A stretch of DNA of 56,103 nucleotides, taken from positions 1-56,103 of the IMG/VR virus record IMGVR_UViG_3300033076_000684; one strand, given 5' to 3'. The notes beneath the pieces were generated by a model, which was not told the DNA's origin, did not search any database, and saw only the letters and a list, made by a program, of their open reading frames with translations. Numbering within the stretch: the stretch's first letter is position 1; every line of letters begins with the position of its first letter. The position numbers and the translations under genes are program-made. This document shows positions 28,375 through 37,619 of this stretch, piece by piece. Origin of the DNA: a virus (taxonomy: Duplodnaviria > Caudoviricetes).

Positions 28375-30018
28375 TTATTGACTTGCTCTTCCTTCGCCTT
28401 TTGGATTTCTTCCTGAAATAGTTGCTGGGCTATCGGATGCATTATTTGCACGCTGAGCATCCCTTGCATCATTTCCAGTGCTATTTGGTCCAGCCTCTGG
28501 CTTTACCTCTAATGGCTTTCCACCATCACCATCAGGTCTTGCACCCATACCAAGAATTTCACGAGCTTCGTCTGGAACCATAATTTTGTTCTTTACATAA
28601 CGCTCAAGAATCTGTGACTGTGCAATCTCATCGGTAAGGGTCAACTCGTTGAATTTAAACTCAAGGATGTCTGTCTTTTCACGAATTAGTCTATTGATAA
28701 TTTTTTGCATAGCATCTTGTCTTGGACGAGCTACCTGCTCCTTAAATGTACGATCCTGTGCAAGAGCAGCTGCAATAGCAGCAGAGTCTCCTCCACCAAT
28801 CTTAGATAAAGGAACCTGATGTGCAACCAAAATGTCATCACGGTTACGAATACGATATTCGTTAAATGATGCTTCCTGTGTTCCAGTCTCTACAGCATCC
28901 ATCTTGAATTCAACCTTATTGGTGTCTGAGTCTCCAGGAAGTGGAATATAAAGTGTTCTGTGGTTTGATCCCTTAAGACTTGTCTGCAAGAATCTAAACA
29001 TCTTATCTTCTGCATCTTCTGAAAGCTTTGCACCCTTAAGTGTTACGACATAACGAGGAACACCTTTATTTATAAAGTAATCAATATTGTACTGTGATGC
29101 TAACATGTCCCCCTGCAAAGCAGAGATAGCTGAAATAATATCAGGCACACCATAGAATGTATTTAGTGGTGAATATGACTTAAAGTGAATAATCTCATTT
29201 GGTCTTGGATCTGCAGTAATTGGATTTGGGTTAGTAGCTTGGAAATTTCTAAAATAAACAATTCTATTCCCAATAATCTGCAAGTATCCATCACGCAATC
29301 TTCTGACACGCATAGTTGTAGATGGGATGTGGCCAACGTAACCAATCTCTCCCTTTACTGTTCTACCAATTTCAAGATAACCATTTCCAGTTGATTCATA
29401 ATCTGTCATTACCTTTGACATAACCTCTGTAAATGATTCATCAAGATTTAGGCTTTCTAACCAATCACGAAGTTCTACCTTCATACGTTCAATGCGTTTT
29501 TGTGCCTTTTCCTTGGCTGTATCCTTTGACTGTGCCTCAAGTGCCATCATCGTTCTCTTTGAGATTTGAAAATCATACCCAAGTCCAACAATGTTTTCTA
29601 CCTTTGCATCAATAGCAGCATGGTTAGCAAATGATGTATCATAATAGTTTGCAAGCTCATATAGATTCCATGGAGGAGTAATAACATCAAACATTCCATA
29701 GCCATTGCGATACACACGACCTGGATTAATTTCTTTTGATCGTGCTCCATCTTTACCACGGTTAACTGCAAGAGCACTGTCCTGATAACCAAGATCATTG
29801 ATATCAATTCCAGTATTTACAGTTCTATTCTCAATTAGAACGTCTGTTGACTTAGCAAGTCTTTCTGTTCTACGCTTGAAATTTTTCTCAATACCAACGT
29901 AATTTTTTAGTTCGTCCCAGTTTTTTGCAAATGGGTCATGGTCTTTAAATTGATCGATTGGTGCCTCTGCCTCTGGCAATGACGCATGAACGTATTTTAC
30001 TTCTTCATAATCTGACAT
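28375..30018 (-). CDS. Portal protein
   Basis: TGNGYLEI, NEIIHFK, FYGVPD, ILVAHQVP, MVPDEAREILG portal motifs. Confidence 0.93.
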   Translation of the reverse strand: MSDYEEVKYVHASLPEAEAPIDQFKDHDPFAKNWDELKNYVGIEKNFKRRTERLAKSTDVLIENRTVNTGIDINDLGYQDSALAVNRGKDGARSKEINPGRVYRNGYGMFDVITPPWNLYELANYYDTSFANHAAIDAKVENIVGLGYDFQISKRTMMALEAQSKDTAKEKAQKRIERMKVELRDWLESLNLDESFTEVMSKVMTDYESTGNGYLEIGRTVKGEIGYVGHIPSTTMRVRRLRDGYLQIIGNRIVYFRNFQATNPNPITADPRPNEIIHFKSYSPLNTFYGVPDIISAISALQGDMLASQYNIDYFINKGVPRYVVTLKGAKLSEDAEDKMFRFLQTSLKGSNHRTLYIPLPGDSDTNKVEFKMDAVETGTQEASFNEYRIRNRDDILVAHQVPLSKIGGGDSAAIAAALAQDRTFKEQVARPRQDAMQKIINRLIREKTDILEFKFNELTLTDEIAQSQILERYVKNKIMVPDEAREILGMGARPDGDGGKPLEVKPEAGPNSTGNDARDAQRANNASDSPATISGRNPKGEGRASQ

Positions 30019-30398
30019 TATTCGACATCTCCATATAACTCTAGAGTTTTCTTTGCAGCAATTACTGCACCAAGGTCATTCATAGATGGAATCAGACCAT
30101 TATTCATTCTGTCTACCTGCTCAGAGTATTCTTCATCTGAGATCTTTCTCATATTAGGAAAGAATACAGCACGACCTTCTGGCTGACCCCAGTACTTTGC
30201 TGCATCAGCAAGCTCCTTGATTCTAGCCTTGTCGTCTTTCATACCCTCAATAGATAGTGCATTATTGCTACCATCAGTAAATGGCTTTCCGTTTGGTTTC
30301 ATCCATACATATGTGCCGAATAGAGAGAAATTCTCTTCAATAACCTGAACCTTGGTTTCTCCAACCTGACCAGGAAAGCGTGGTTTTTGTCTTTTCAT
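30018..30398 (-). CDS. Hypothetical protein upstream of portal
   Basis: Coupled to portal by TAATG; start 7 nt after TGGTATACT. Confidence 0.65.
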   Translation of the reverse strand: MKRQKPRFPGQVGETKVQVIEENFSLFGTYVWMKPNGKPFTDGSNNALSIEGMKDDKARIKELADAAKYWGQPEGRAVFFPNMRKISDEEYSEQVDRMNNGLIPSMNDLGAVIAAKKTLELYGDVE

Positions 30399-30416
30399 AA
30401 CCACTAGTATACCATA

Positions 30417-33400
30417 TTAAACAGAATTAATAGTAAAAAGCTGTGCAACTGAGTTTGAAACTACACGATACTTGCTTCTGAATAACCGTAATATTGACTT
30501 ATCATCTACTGTAATCTTTGATGCTCCAACATAGGCTGCATATATATCTGATGGGTCAATTCCATAAAAGTTTCTACTTGATAAAACTAGAACCTCAAAC
30601 CATCTAAAAATACCCTTCCAGTCTTGCCAGTCAAATTTGATTCTTCCAGATTCTCTTACACTAAACCATGGTCTTACAGATATAGTCTGCACTTGCTGAA
30701 GACGTGAAGAGTTATAATAAGATATATTATTAATCATTAGTGGTCCAGTTATTCTTATTGCACCGCCAGCAAGACTACAGTCTATATAGTTTGAGAATCC
30801 AATACCAATAGCTGCCCACTGTTTAATTGTTAGAACTGGATCTTTTACAACTCGTCCATTAATGTAGTATCCAATACCATTTTCGATCTGCCCAGTCTTA
30901 ACATTAATTGCATAAATCTTTCCTCTAATGCCCTCTGGATGAGTAGCTTGAATAAAGAACTTGATATGTGTTGTGGCTGACTCTATCTCAAATACCTCTG
31001 TTGGGCTATATGGGAAAAAGTCATCGTCGTACATTGCAAAACACTGAAGGGCAATAATCTTGTAGTTAGATACCTTTTCTTGATTAATTGGAACTTCTAT
31101 TCCCCTTGAACGCTTGCTATCAAATAGTCCACGAAGCTTGATTCCACTTGTTTTTGTAAGATAAAGATATGGGGCACTTCCCTTATAAATGCTAAATGGA
31201 TTCTTTGACTTGTAGTCATAATAAAAACCATTTTGTGTAAAAGGATAGATATCCATGCCATAACGTGTTCCAACTGGAGTACGCTCATTGTTATTTAGTG
31301 CTATCGATGATAGCTCAAGGCTCTGAATAGCAATTGGTTTCTCTGATATGTTATCTGCAGATATAACAATCTCAACATGCATATTTGTCTTTGTAAAATC
31401 AACGTTGGCTGGTGGATAAATAATCATATTGTCTACAACCTCGTACTTGGTATTTACCCATTCTGTTCCTGGATAAATCATTCCATCCCTTGGTGCAGCA
31501 ACAATGTTTGTATAGTATTTAGATGAATAATTATCAGTCAAGGACATGTCTTTAAAGAATACGTATGTCTTAACAAGCGATGAGGATGTGTCAAATTTGT
31601 AAGTCTGTCTTGAGTTTAACTGAAGATCACCATAGTCCACATACCCTGTATAAAGATGATTGTCAAGGTCACTATATTTTTTCTGAGATGGGATAGAGAA
31701 CTTTAAAGATAAATCTTGGTATGTCCAAGCCTGATCCTGCTCTCTAACTGCTACGGAAGATGATGGTGATGGATATGAAACATTAAACTGAATAAAGTCA
31801 AGGTCGTACTGCTTTATTCCTGATTCTGTAGTGACATACTTTCCAAAATATGATAGTGGTATTGATGATGTCCATGTTCCATTGACTGACCCGTCGAAGT
31901 ACATTGTTGAAGAGTTTTTGCGTGGATAAGATGTATAGCTTGCCACATTTGAATCTATTAGTCCAGAGCCAACATGTTCTGCTACATTGCCACCATCTAG
32001 CAAAAACTGCCAAAATGTTGTGCTATACAAGCCAGCATCATTGTATCCAGAAACTTCGTTAATCATTTCTGCATCCCAAATTAATCCATTTGGAGCAAAG
32101 TATTCTGATAGCTTTTCTGTTGCAGCTGAATTTGAAAAAGAAATGCTGTAGATATTTCCATTAAATGTGTCATTGTTTCCTGTTCCACCAATATATAATG
32201 ATAATGTTTTATTCTTTGATAGGAAAAGAGCTACATCATTACCAAAGTATTTTGACATTCTTGAAAAATGAATTCCTACAGCAAACTTTTCTCCACGGAA
32301 ATATGGAACAGTTTCAACCACTGTAGAAACCTTATTTAAAAATGATAGTGTGTATTTTATGTTAGATGGTGTAAGCTGAACAGAAAGCTTGTCTCCCGTA
32401 AGCCTGTCCTTAATTTCAAAAAGTGTTTGAGTATTAGTTACTGAAGATATAGTTTTATACGTTGCATAAAAAGACTCTAGTCCATCTGGAAGTACATTTA
32501 AATTCTCATAGAACATATATGAATTTTGTGACAATCTAACAAACTCTGAATCTTCATTTTGAATCTCAAACATGTCCTGGAGTACTTGATCCTGTGTTTG
32601 AGTTGCAGAAACAATTGAAACGTTTGGATATGTTGGAAGTCTTAGATAGTCTGTATTTGTCAATAGGTTGTCAGAAATTCCCTTTGACCAGGCACCAACC
32701 TTTGGGTACGAGTAATTAGATGAATACTTTGCAAACTGATAGTCTATGGCAATACTCTTACCGCCATATGCAACATTTAGCGATTCTGGATTCTCCACAC
32801 CCTGGCCATATACCCATCTTCTTTTTGCAATAACCTTAGATACGATATATGTATAAATTGATACTGGTCCAATTTCAAATAAAGAAATGTTGTCATTAGA
32901 GTAAAATCCTATCCAGTCTTGCTCTACTGACCCATTCTTTTCTGATGGAAATTCTATAGATGAAGAGTTAATAGATATTTCGCCTATAACCTCTCCGTTA
33001 AGCATAAGAGTTGCCTTATCTTTTGATACTGCAACATGTACAAGCATTGGTCTGTACCATTCACCCACATAGTAAGAGCATGACATATTGCCAATTTTTA
33101 GTTTAATGAAAGGCCCACTAATATATACTCCGTCTAGAGAGGCTACTGGACCAATAATTCTAAAATCATCAGACATTGAGTGATCAATTTTTATCCAAGC
33201 CTCAAATGTATAGTTTCTATTTTTGCCAGATTCATTTAAAAATCCTAAGCCAGGAATTATTAGAGATGGCTTTCCATTCAAGTTAGGTAAAATTGAGGTT
33301 GAGCTATTTGCACCATAAATCATTGGAATACCCAAGTTTTTTGCAAGTATTCTGTTTCCAATACAAAGAGAATAGCCATCTTTTGTTGACTCTGCTGCTG

Positions 33401-34079
33401 CTAAGAGCTTAACTCCCTTAGTATTTGTATCAAGACCGAATATATTCTCTGTTATTACATCTGGGATCACACCAACAGATTCTGAATTAAACTCTTCAGA
33501 CCACTGCCCCAAAGAAAGTCCGTTGAATAGAAAAAATACTTCATCTGATGTATTATTTGAAAGAAATTCTGCTTCGATAAATATTTTAAATTTTGCTGAT
33601 AGGTCATATGGTCTATCAAACGTTTCTGATAGAAATGCCCACTTGCCATTAAACTGTGTAGAAAATCTTTTTGATACTCTAGACTCTCCGTATGTTGGGT
33701 CATCATAAATAAAACCTATTGTAACTGCCTGAGTATTTTCTGAAGATGCATAAAAGAATGTTGATAGGGTAAATGTAGATAGAAAGCTGTCCAATGAAGA
33801 GAAATCAGATATTTCATCACTAACCAAGCTAATAGACTTAATACTTGCGTTTCCAACATTATGTGTTATGACCTTAAAAACACTTTCTGACTCAATTGGT
33901 GTGCTTATTGTAGATGTATAGGATACGGATGTATCACTAGATACAACATTCCAATTTATCAGGTTTCTATTTGACGATGAAAGCATTGAGACATAGTCAG
34001 CTTTATCTTGGAGTGGCCAGTGACCCAGGGGATGCTCCCCAAGAATTTTAGAAGAATATAGGCTAAGAGATGTAGTCAT
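30417..34079 (-). CDS. Large virion protein with concanavalin-A/LamG-like domains
   Basis: EHPLGHWPLQD N-terminus, YTFEAWIK, MLVHVAV...LMLNGE LamG-like strands; 1220 aa. Confidence 0.65.
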   Translation of the reverse strand: MTTSLSLYSSKILGEHPLGHWPLQDKADYVSMLSSSNRNLINWNVVSSDTSVSYTSTISTPIESESVFKVITHNVGNASIKSISLVSDEISDFSSLDSFLSTFTLSTFFYASSENTQAVTIGFIYDDPTYGESRVSKRFSTQFNGKWAFLSETFDRPYDLSAKFKIFIEAEFLSNNTSDEVFFLFNGLSLGQWSEEFNSESVGVIPDVITENIFGLDTNTKGVKLLAAAESTKDGYSLCIGNRILAKNLGIPMIYGANSSTSILPNLNGKPSLIIPGLGFLNESGKNRNYTFEAWIKIDHSMSDDFRIIGPVASLDGVYISGPFIKLKIGNMSCSYYVGEWYRPMLVHVAVSKDKATLMLNGEVIGEISINSSSIEFPSEKNGSVEQDWIGFYSNDNISLFEIGPVSIYTYIVSKVIAKRRWVYGQGVENPESLNVAYGGKSIAIDYQFAKYSSNYSYPKVGAWSKGISDNLLTNTDYLRLPTYPNVSIVSATQTQDQVLQDMFEIQNEDSEFVRLSQNSYMFYENLNVLPDGLESFYATYKTISSVTNTQTLFEIKDRLTGDKLSVQLTPSNIKYTLSFLNKVSTVVETVPYFRGEKFAVGIHFSRMSKYFGNDVALFLSKNKTLSLYIGGTGNNDTFNGNIYSISFSNSAATEKLSEYFAPNGLIWDAEMINEVSGYNDAGLYSTTFWQFLLDGGNVAEHVGSGLIDSNVASYTSYPRKNSSTMYFDGSVNGTWTSSIPLSYFGKYVTTESGIKQYDLDFIQFNVSYPSPSSSVAVREQDQAWTYQDLSLKFSIPSQKKYSDLDNHLYTGYVDYGDLQLNSRQTYKFDTSSSLVKTYVFFKDMSLTDNYSSKYYTNIVAAPRDGMIYPGTEWVNTKYEVVDNMIIYPPANVDFTKTNMHVEIVISADNISEKPIAIQSLELSSIALNNNERTPVGTRYGMDIYPFTQNGFYYDYKSKNPFSIYKGSAPYLYLTKTSGIKLRGLFDSKRSRGIEVPINQEKVSNYKIIALQCFAMYDDDFFPYSPTEVFEIESATTHIKFFIQATHPEGIRGKIYAINVKTGQIENGIGYYINGRVVKDPVLTIKQWAAIGIGFSNYIDCSLAGGAIRITGPLMINNISYYNSSRLQQVQTISVRPWFSVRESGRIKFDWQDWKGIFRWFEVLVLSSRNFYGIDPSDIYAAYVGASKITVDDKSILRLFRSKYRVVSNSVAQLFTINSV

Positions 34080-34094
34080 TGTACATCTATTTTA

Positions 34095-34622
34095 TCATAC
34101 TATACGTGTAAACCAGCGTGGTGTTGTATATCTGATTCCTCCAGATATTGACTTAACTCCATGAACGTAATCTGGATTATCTGGGAAGGTTAGAAGGTCT
34201 CCTGGCTCTGGCTTATAAGAAATATCATATTCTGGGAAGTAAATATCTCCTCCATCGTAATCACTATTTATATATATTAGTGTAGCAATGTCATTTGGCT
34301 TACCTGCATCAAAATGCTCGTGCATTCCCCAACCTGGTTCAAATCTGGCTATATGAGACATTTGTGGATTGAACTCAGCAAAATTATCACCATACTCATT
34401 TAGAACAAAGTTATATACTTTTAGCCCCCACTCAGTTACCAGTGCACGAATATCATTGGTTTCTTGATCAAGACCTCTGAAAGTATTTACTGTAAATTCT
34501 TTTTCATTATTGCCGTACTCAACAAAATCTGAATCATTCTTTTTGGCATAACTGTGTATTTTTTCAACTACATCTTGTGGCATAAAACCTTTGACATATT
34601 TGATTTGATCTGTTTTACTCAA
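34095..34622 (-). CDS. 2OG-Fe(II) oxygenase, prolyl-4-hydroxylase-like
   Basis: HFD...IYINSDYDGGDIYFP...HGVKSI..G.RYT: HxD...H facial triad and RxT. Confidence 0.9.
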   Translation of the reverse strand: MSKTDQIKYVKGFMPQDVVEKIHSYAKKNDSDFVEYGNNEKEFTVNTFRGLDQETNDIRALVTEWGLKVYNFVLNEYGDNFAEFNPQMSHIARFEPGWGMHEHFDAGKPNDIATLIYINSDYDGGDIYFPEYDISYKPEPGDLLTFPDNPDYVHGVKSISGGIRYTTPRWFTRIV

Positions 34623-34774
34623 TTGAACCTACTTTCCTCTTTGTGGCTTGGCATGTTAGATATACCACAATCAATACAATCTAATCTTTTAATATTTGTA
34701 ACTGGGCATGATGCTCCAACAACTACTTTGTGCCCCAAAAAGAAGCACTTTGCTCTTATAATCCAATTTTTCAT
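34619..34774 (-). CDS. Small Cys/His (zinc-binding) protein, 51 aa
   Basis: Not in the ORF track: MKNWIIRAKCFFLGHK...CPVT...CIDCG; ATGA/TTGA overlaps with both neighbours. Confidence 0.7.
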   Translation of the reverse strand: MKNWIIRAKCFFLGHKVVVGASCPVTNIKRLDCIDCGISNMPSHKEESRFN

Positions 34775-35424
34775 GGGTATATCCTTGTCCAACTTTGAGC
34801 GTCTTCTTCACTAATATAAGCTTTTGGTGCAATATCATATGCAATGGTTACCCTAGGGCCATCTACTCTCCAGTTTCCCATACCATGCGGATGTCCTACT
34901 TCAGATACAATAAGTCTATTATTTTTATTAACATTTACTTTAATGTTATCTGGATCTTTAAATATCTGATATACGGTTACTGATGGCTCAGCATTTACAC
35001 AAAAATACCCATGAAATACTGGTGCACCAACCCCATTCATGTGCTCATGCCATTTTTCATTATTGTCTATTGGCGAAACATCCCACATATCTTCTTTTGC
35101 ATTTCTATTAAACCATCCATGTAGATACCATTCTTCAGAATCTTTGTTTATTCCATAGTATTTGCATGCTTCTTGTAGGGCATCCACAATTCCATCTTTT
35201 ATTTTTTCGACTTCACTATTGCCCATATTAAATATATTGTAATAGGAAAGTAGTGCTGTTCCTGCTCCAGATGGGCTATCCTTATAAACTGATAATAAGT
35301 CATTTGGTATGCTTAGGTCAATCTGCCCAGATCTAATGTTGGTATCAAGATCTAGCGTCCACGAAAGCAGCGAATCTAGATTAGTATTGATATCACGAAT
35401 AAAAAATTTATGCTCTTTTATCAT
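34771..35424 (-). CDS. Putative 2OG-Fe(II) oxygenase-like protein, paralog 3
   Basis: GWFN...WHEH...FHGYFCVNAEPS...GHPH...RVTIAYD, DSBH/cupin-like. Confidence 0.7.
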   Translation of the reverse strand: MIKEHKFFIRDINTNLDSLLSWTLDLDTNIRSGQIDLSIPNDLLSVYKDSPSGAGTALLSYYNIFNMGNSEVEKIKDGIVDALQEACKYYGINKDSEEWYLHGWFNRNAKEDMWDVSPIDNNEKWHEHMNGVGAPVFHGYFCVNAEPSVTVYQIFKDPDNIKVNVNKNNRLIVSEVGHPHGMGNWRVDGPRVTIAYDIAPKAYISEEDAQSWTRIYP

Positions 35425-36092
35425 ATTAAAGGTATCCAATGTTGCTCTAGTCCTGGGTCATTTCCAAATATGTCTCCAACACTTCTTGTATCGTATGCAA
35501 TTGTTACTCTACGTTTATTCTTGTCTCCCCACCAACCTCGTGCATGTGGGTGACCAGTTTCAGACAAAACTGCTCTTTTATTTTTATTAACATTGTCAAA
35601 TGGAGTGACTTTATCAATATTATAATATGTAGTTGATGGCTCAGCATTTACACAAAAGTATCCGTGTAAATCTGGAATACCAAGGCCACCACAGTGCTCA
35701 TGCATGTTTGGCTGAACATTATTGTTAACATAATAGTCTTCAGAACAGTCGTCTTCTGTTTCAACATTCATCCATCCCTGAATATAGTATGACTCTGATT
35801 TGAAGTCAGTACCATAGTACTCGCATGCTTCTTTTGTCATTTCTGTCACAGCAGATAGCAGTGATCTAATTACTGGATGATGAAGCTGAAAAACATTATA
35901 CTTTGAAAGAAGTCGTGTTGTCATTCCTCCAAGATTATGTGCTGCATGTGCTTCTTCTGGACTTATTCCTGGAAATTTTCCATTTAACATGTCCTGCTGT
36001 CTTTCAATACAGAAATTATAAAGACTGTCTAGATCTTCTTGAGATATATCAAGATATCTTTCAAAAAATTTTTGTGGTGGCTTTGACATCAT
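35421..36092 (-). CDS. Putative 2OG-Fe(II) oxygenase-like protein, paralog 2
   Basis: GWMN...MHEH...LHGYFCVNAEPS...GHPH...RVTIAYD. Confidence 0.7.
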   Translation of the reverse strand: MMSKPPQKFFERYLDISQEDLDSLYNFCIERQQDMLNGKFPGISPEEAHAAHNLGGMTTRLLSKYNVFQLHHPVIRSLLSAVTEMTKEACEYYGTDFKSESYYIQGWMNVETEDDCSEDYYVNNNVQPNMHEHCGGLGIPDLHGYFCVNAEPSTTYYNIDKVTPFDNVNKNKRAVLSETGHPHARGWWGDKNKRRVTIAYDTRSVGDIFGNDPGLEQHWIPLI

Positions 36093-36093
36093 A

Positions 36094-36759
36094 CTAACCT
36101 AGTGGAATCCAGTGTTGCTCATGTGCGTATCCACCACGCTTTAATGCTTCTAGTGGTGTTACGTCATATGCAATAGTAATTCTTGGCCCATCCCAGCTCC
36201 AGTCTCCCATTGCATGTGGATGACCCATTTCTGACAAGATTGCACGGTTATTCTTATTAATATTTTCTACTTCTTCATCAAAAACAATGTAGTGTGTTGA
36301 TGATGGTTCTGCTGCTACACAATAGTAGCCATGAAAATCTGGAGCTCCTGGTCCACCATGTTCGTGCCAGTTTAGCTTTCCATTTCCAGAGTGATTAATG
36401 TTAAACCATCCCTGAAGCATAAACTTTTGTGATTCAAAATCGATTTCGTAGTGATCACAGGCTTCACGAACCATTTCGCCAATTGCTTTATATAGATTAT
36501 AGATACCATCACTATGGAATTGAAAAACATTGTATTGTCTCCACTTCATTGTAGAGATACTGTTTGAGTCTTTCCATGCTTCAAATGGTGTTACTGGGGT
36601 TACCCCAGGAATTTTGGCATTTTCAATTAATGAATATCTATCTTGTAACTCTTTAGCCAATACATCTAAATCATTGTTTAGATATCTTTCAAAAAACTTA
36701 TGTCCTTGTGTAGTCTTGCTAATGCTACGCAAAGGTGTCTGATCCTTATACATCCTCAT
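36094..36759 (-). CDS. Putative 2OG-Fe(II) oxygenase-like protein, paralog 1
   Basis: GWFN...WHEH...FHGYYCVAAEPS...GHPH...RITIAYD. Confidence 0.7.
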   Translation of the reverse strand: MRMYKDQTPLRSISKTTQGHKFFERYLNNDLDVLAKELQDRYSLIENAKIPGVTPVTPFEAWKDSNSISTMKWRQYNVFQFHSDGIYNLYKAIGEMVREACDHYEIDFESQKFMLQGWFNINHSGNGKLNWHEHGGPGAPDFHGYYCVAAEPSSTHYIVFDEEVENINKNNRAILSEMGHPHAMGDWSWDGPRITIAYDVTPLEALKRGGYAHEQHWIPLG

Positions 36760-36807
36760 ACTCCGTTCTATGTATAGTATTATTATACACTATACCACGA
36801 AGCTGAT

Positions 36808-37599
36808 TTATCTGAATCCAAATACTGAGAATGATGGGGCAAAGCTAAATACCCCAAAGAATCCGAATACTCCAAAGAATGCAAAGAATCCAAATACCCC
36901 AAAGAAGCTAAAGACTGAGAATGGTACGAATCCAAATACTGAGAATGGTACGAACCCAAAGACTCCAAAGAAGCTGAATACTGAGAATGGCACAAATGAG
37001 AATGTTGTAATATTTCCAGTAGATGCTGATATTGCAGAGTTACCATTTGCATTTGTAGCATAGACAGTATATGATTGAGTTTCTCCAGCACCCTGTGAAA
37101 TATTAATTGATGTTGATGAAGTATCTCCAGATGTACCGTCGTTACCAATTACGTGATAGTTTGAGATCGCTTTACCACCATTATTTGGGGCATTCCAAGT
37201 AACTGTATCGTATGTTGCTCCAGATGGAGAAGATGCAGAAACGCTACTTGGTGCATCTGGTACTGTTGTAATGGTAATTGATGCTGATGCTGAAGATGGC
37301 TCTGATGTTCCATAGCTATTTGTAGCAGTTACAGTAAATGTTGGAGTTGCATTTGAAGCAATACCACTAATAGTAATTGGCGATGATGAGCCTGTTGCTG
37401 TTTGTCCAGTAGATGCTGTAACTGTATACGAAGTAGCTGGCTGAGAGTTAGATGGCAATGAAAATGAAACAGATGCTGCACCGTCATTGTATGCTCTTCC
37501 AGACCCAACGTCTGTTGCTGTTACACCAGTTGGTGCTAGCGGTTGCAAGAAGTCATTCGCTTGTTGCGAGTGTCTGCCTGATCTTTTTCCTGCTGCCAT
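36808..37599 (-). CDS. Fibronectin type III domain protein with Phe-rich C-terminal repeat tail
   Basis: Two FN3 repeats (PLAPTGVTAT...FTVTATNSYGTS; PDAPSSVSA...YTVYATNANGNS), then ~64 aa of F-x-(V/F) repeats ending FGFR. Confidence 0.85.
   Translation of the reverse strand: MAAGKRSGRHSQQANDFLQPLAPTGVTATDVGSGRAYNDGAASVSFSLPSNSQPATSYTVTASTGQTATGSSSPITISGIASNATPTFTVTATNSYGTSEPSSASASITITTVPDAPSSVSASSPSGATYDTVTWNAPNNGGKAISNYHVIGNDGTSGDTSSTSINISQGAGETQSYTVYATNANGNSAISASTGNITTFSFVPFSVFSFFGVFGFVPFSVFGFVPFSVFSFFGVFGFFAFFGVFGFFGVFSFAPSFSVFGFR
36811..37002 (-). repeat. Tandem coding repeats of the Phe-rich tail (FSV/FGF/FGV/VP units)
   Basis: Repeated aatactgagaatgg and ccaaagaa units on the plus strand. 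Confidence 0.85.
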
Positions 37600-37619
37600 A
37601 TTCTAGTCCTCGTTTTCTA

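Noticed and set aside
36790-36815. Readthrough or frameshift extending the Phe tails into a further domain
   Set aside because: Both tails stop at the identical FGFR. The FN3 tail meets another in-frame stop within a few codons, and the PASTA tail abuts a convergent gene.
36770-37148. Repetitive ORFs 36770..37063 (+) and 36783..37148 (-), and 43669..44010 (-)
   Set aside because: Antisense or alternative-frame shadows of the Phe-tail repeats, without SD or promoter support.
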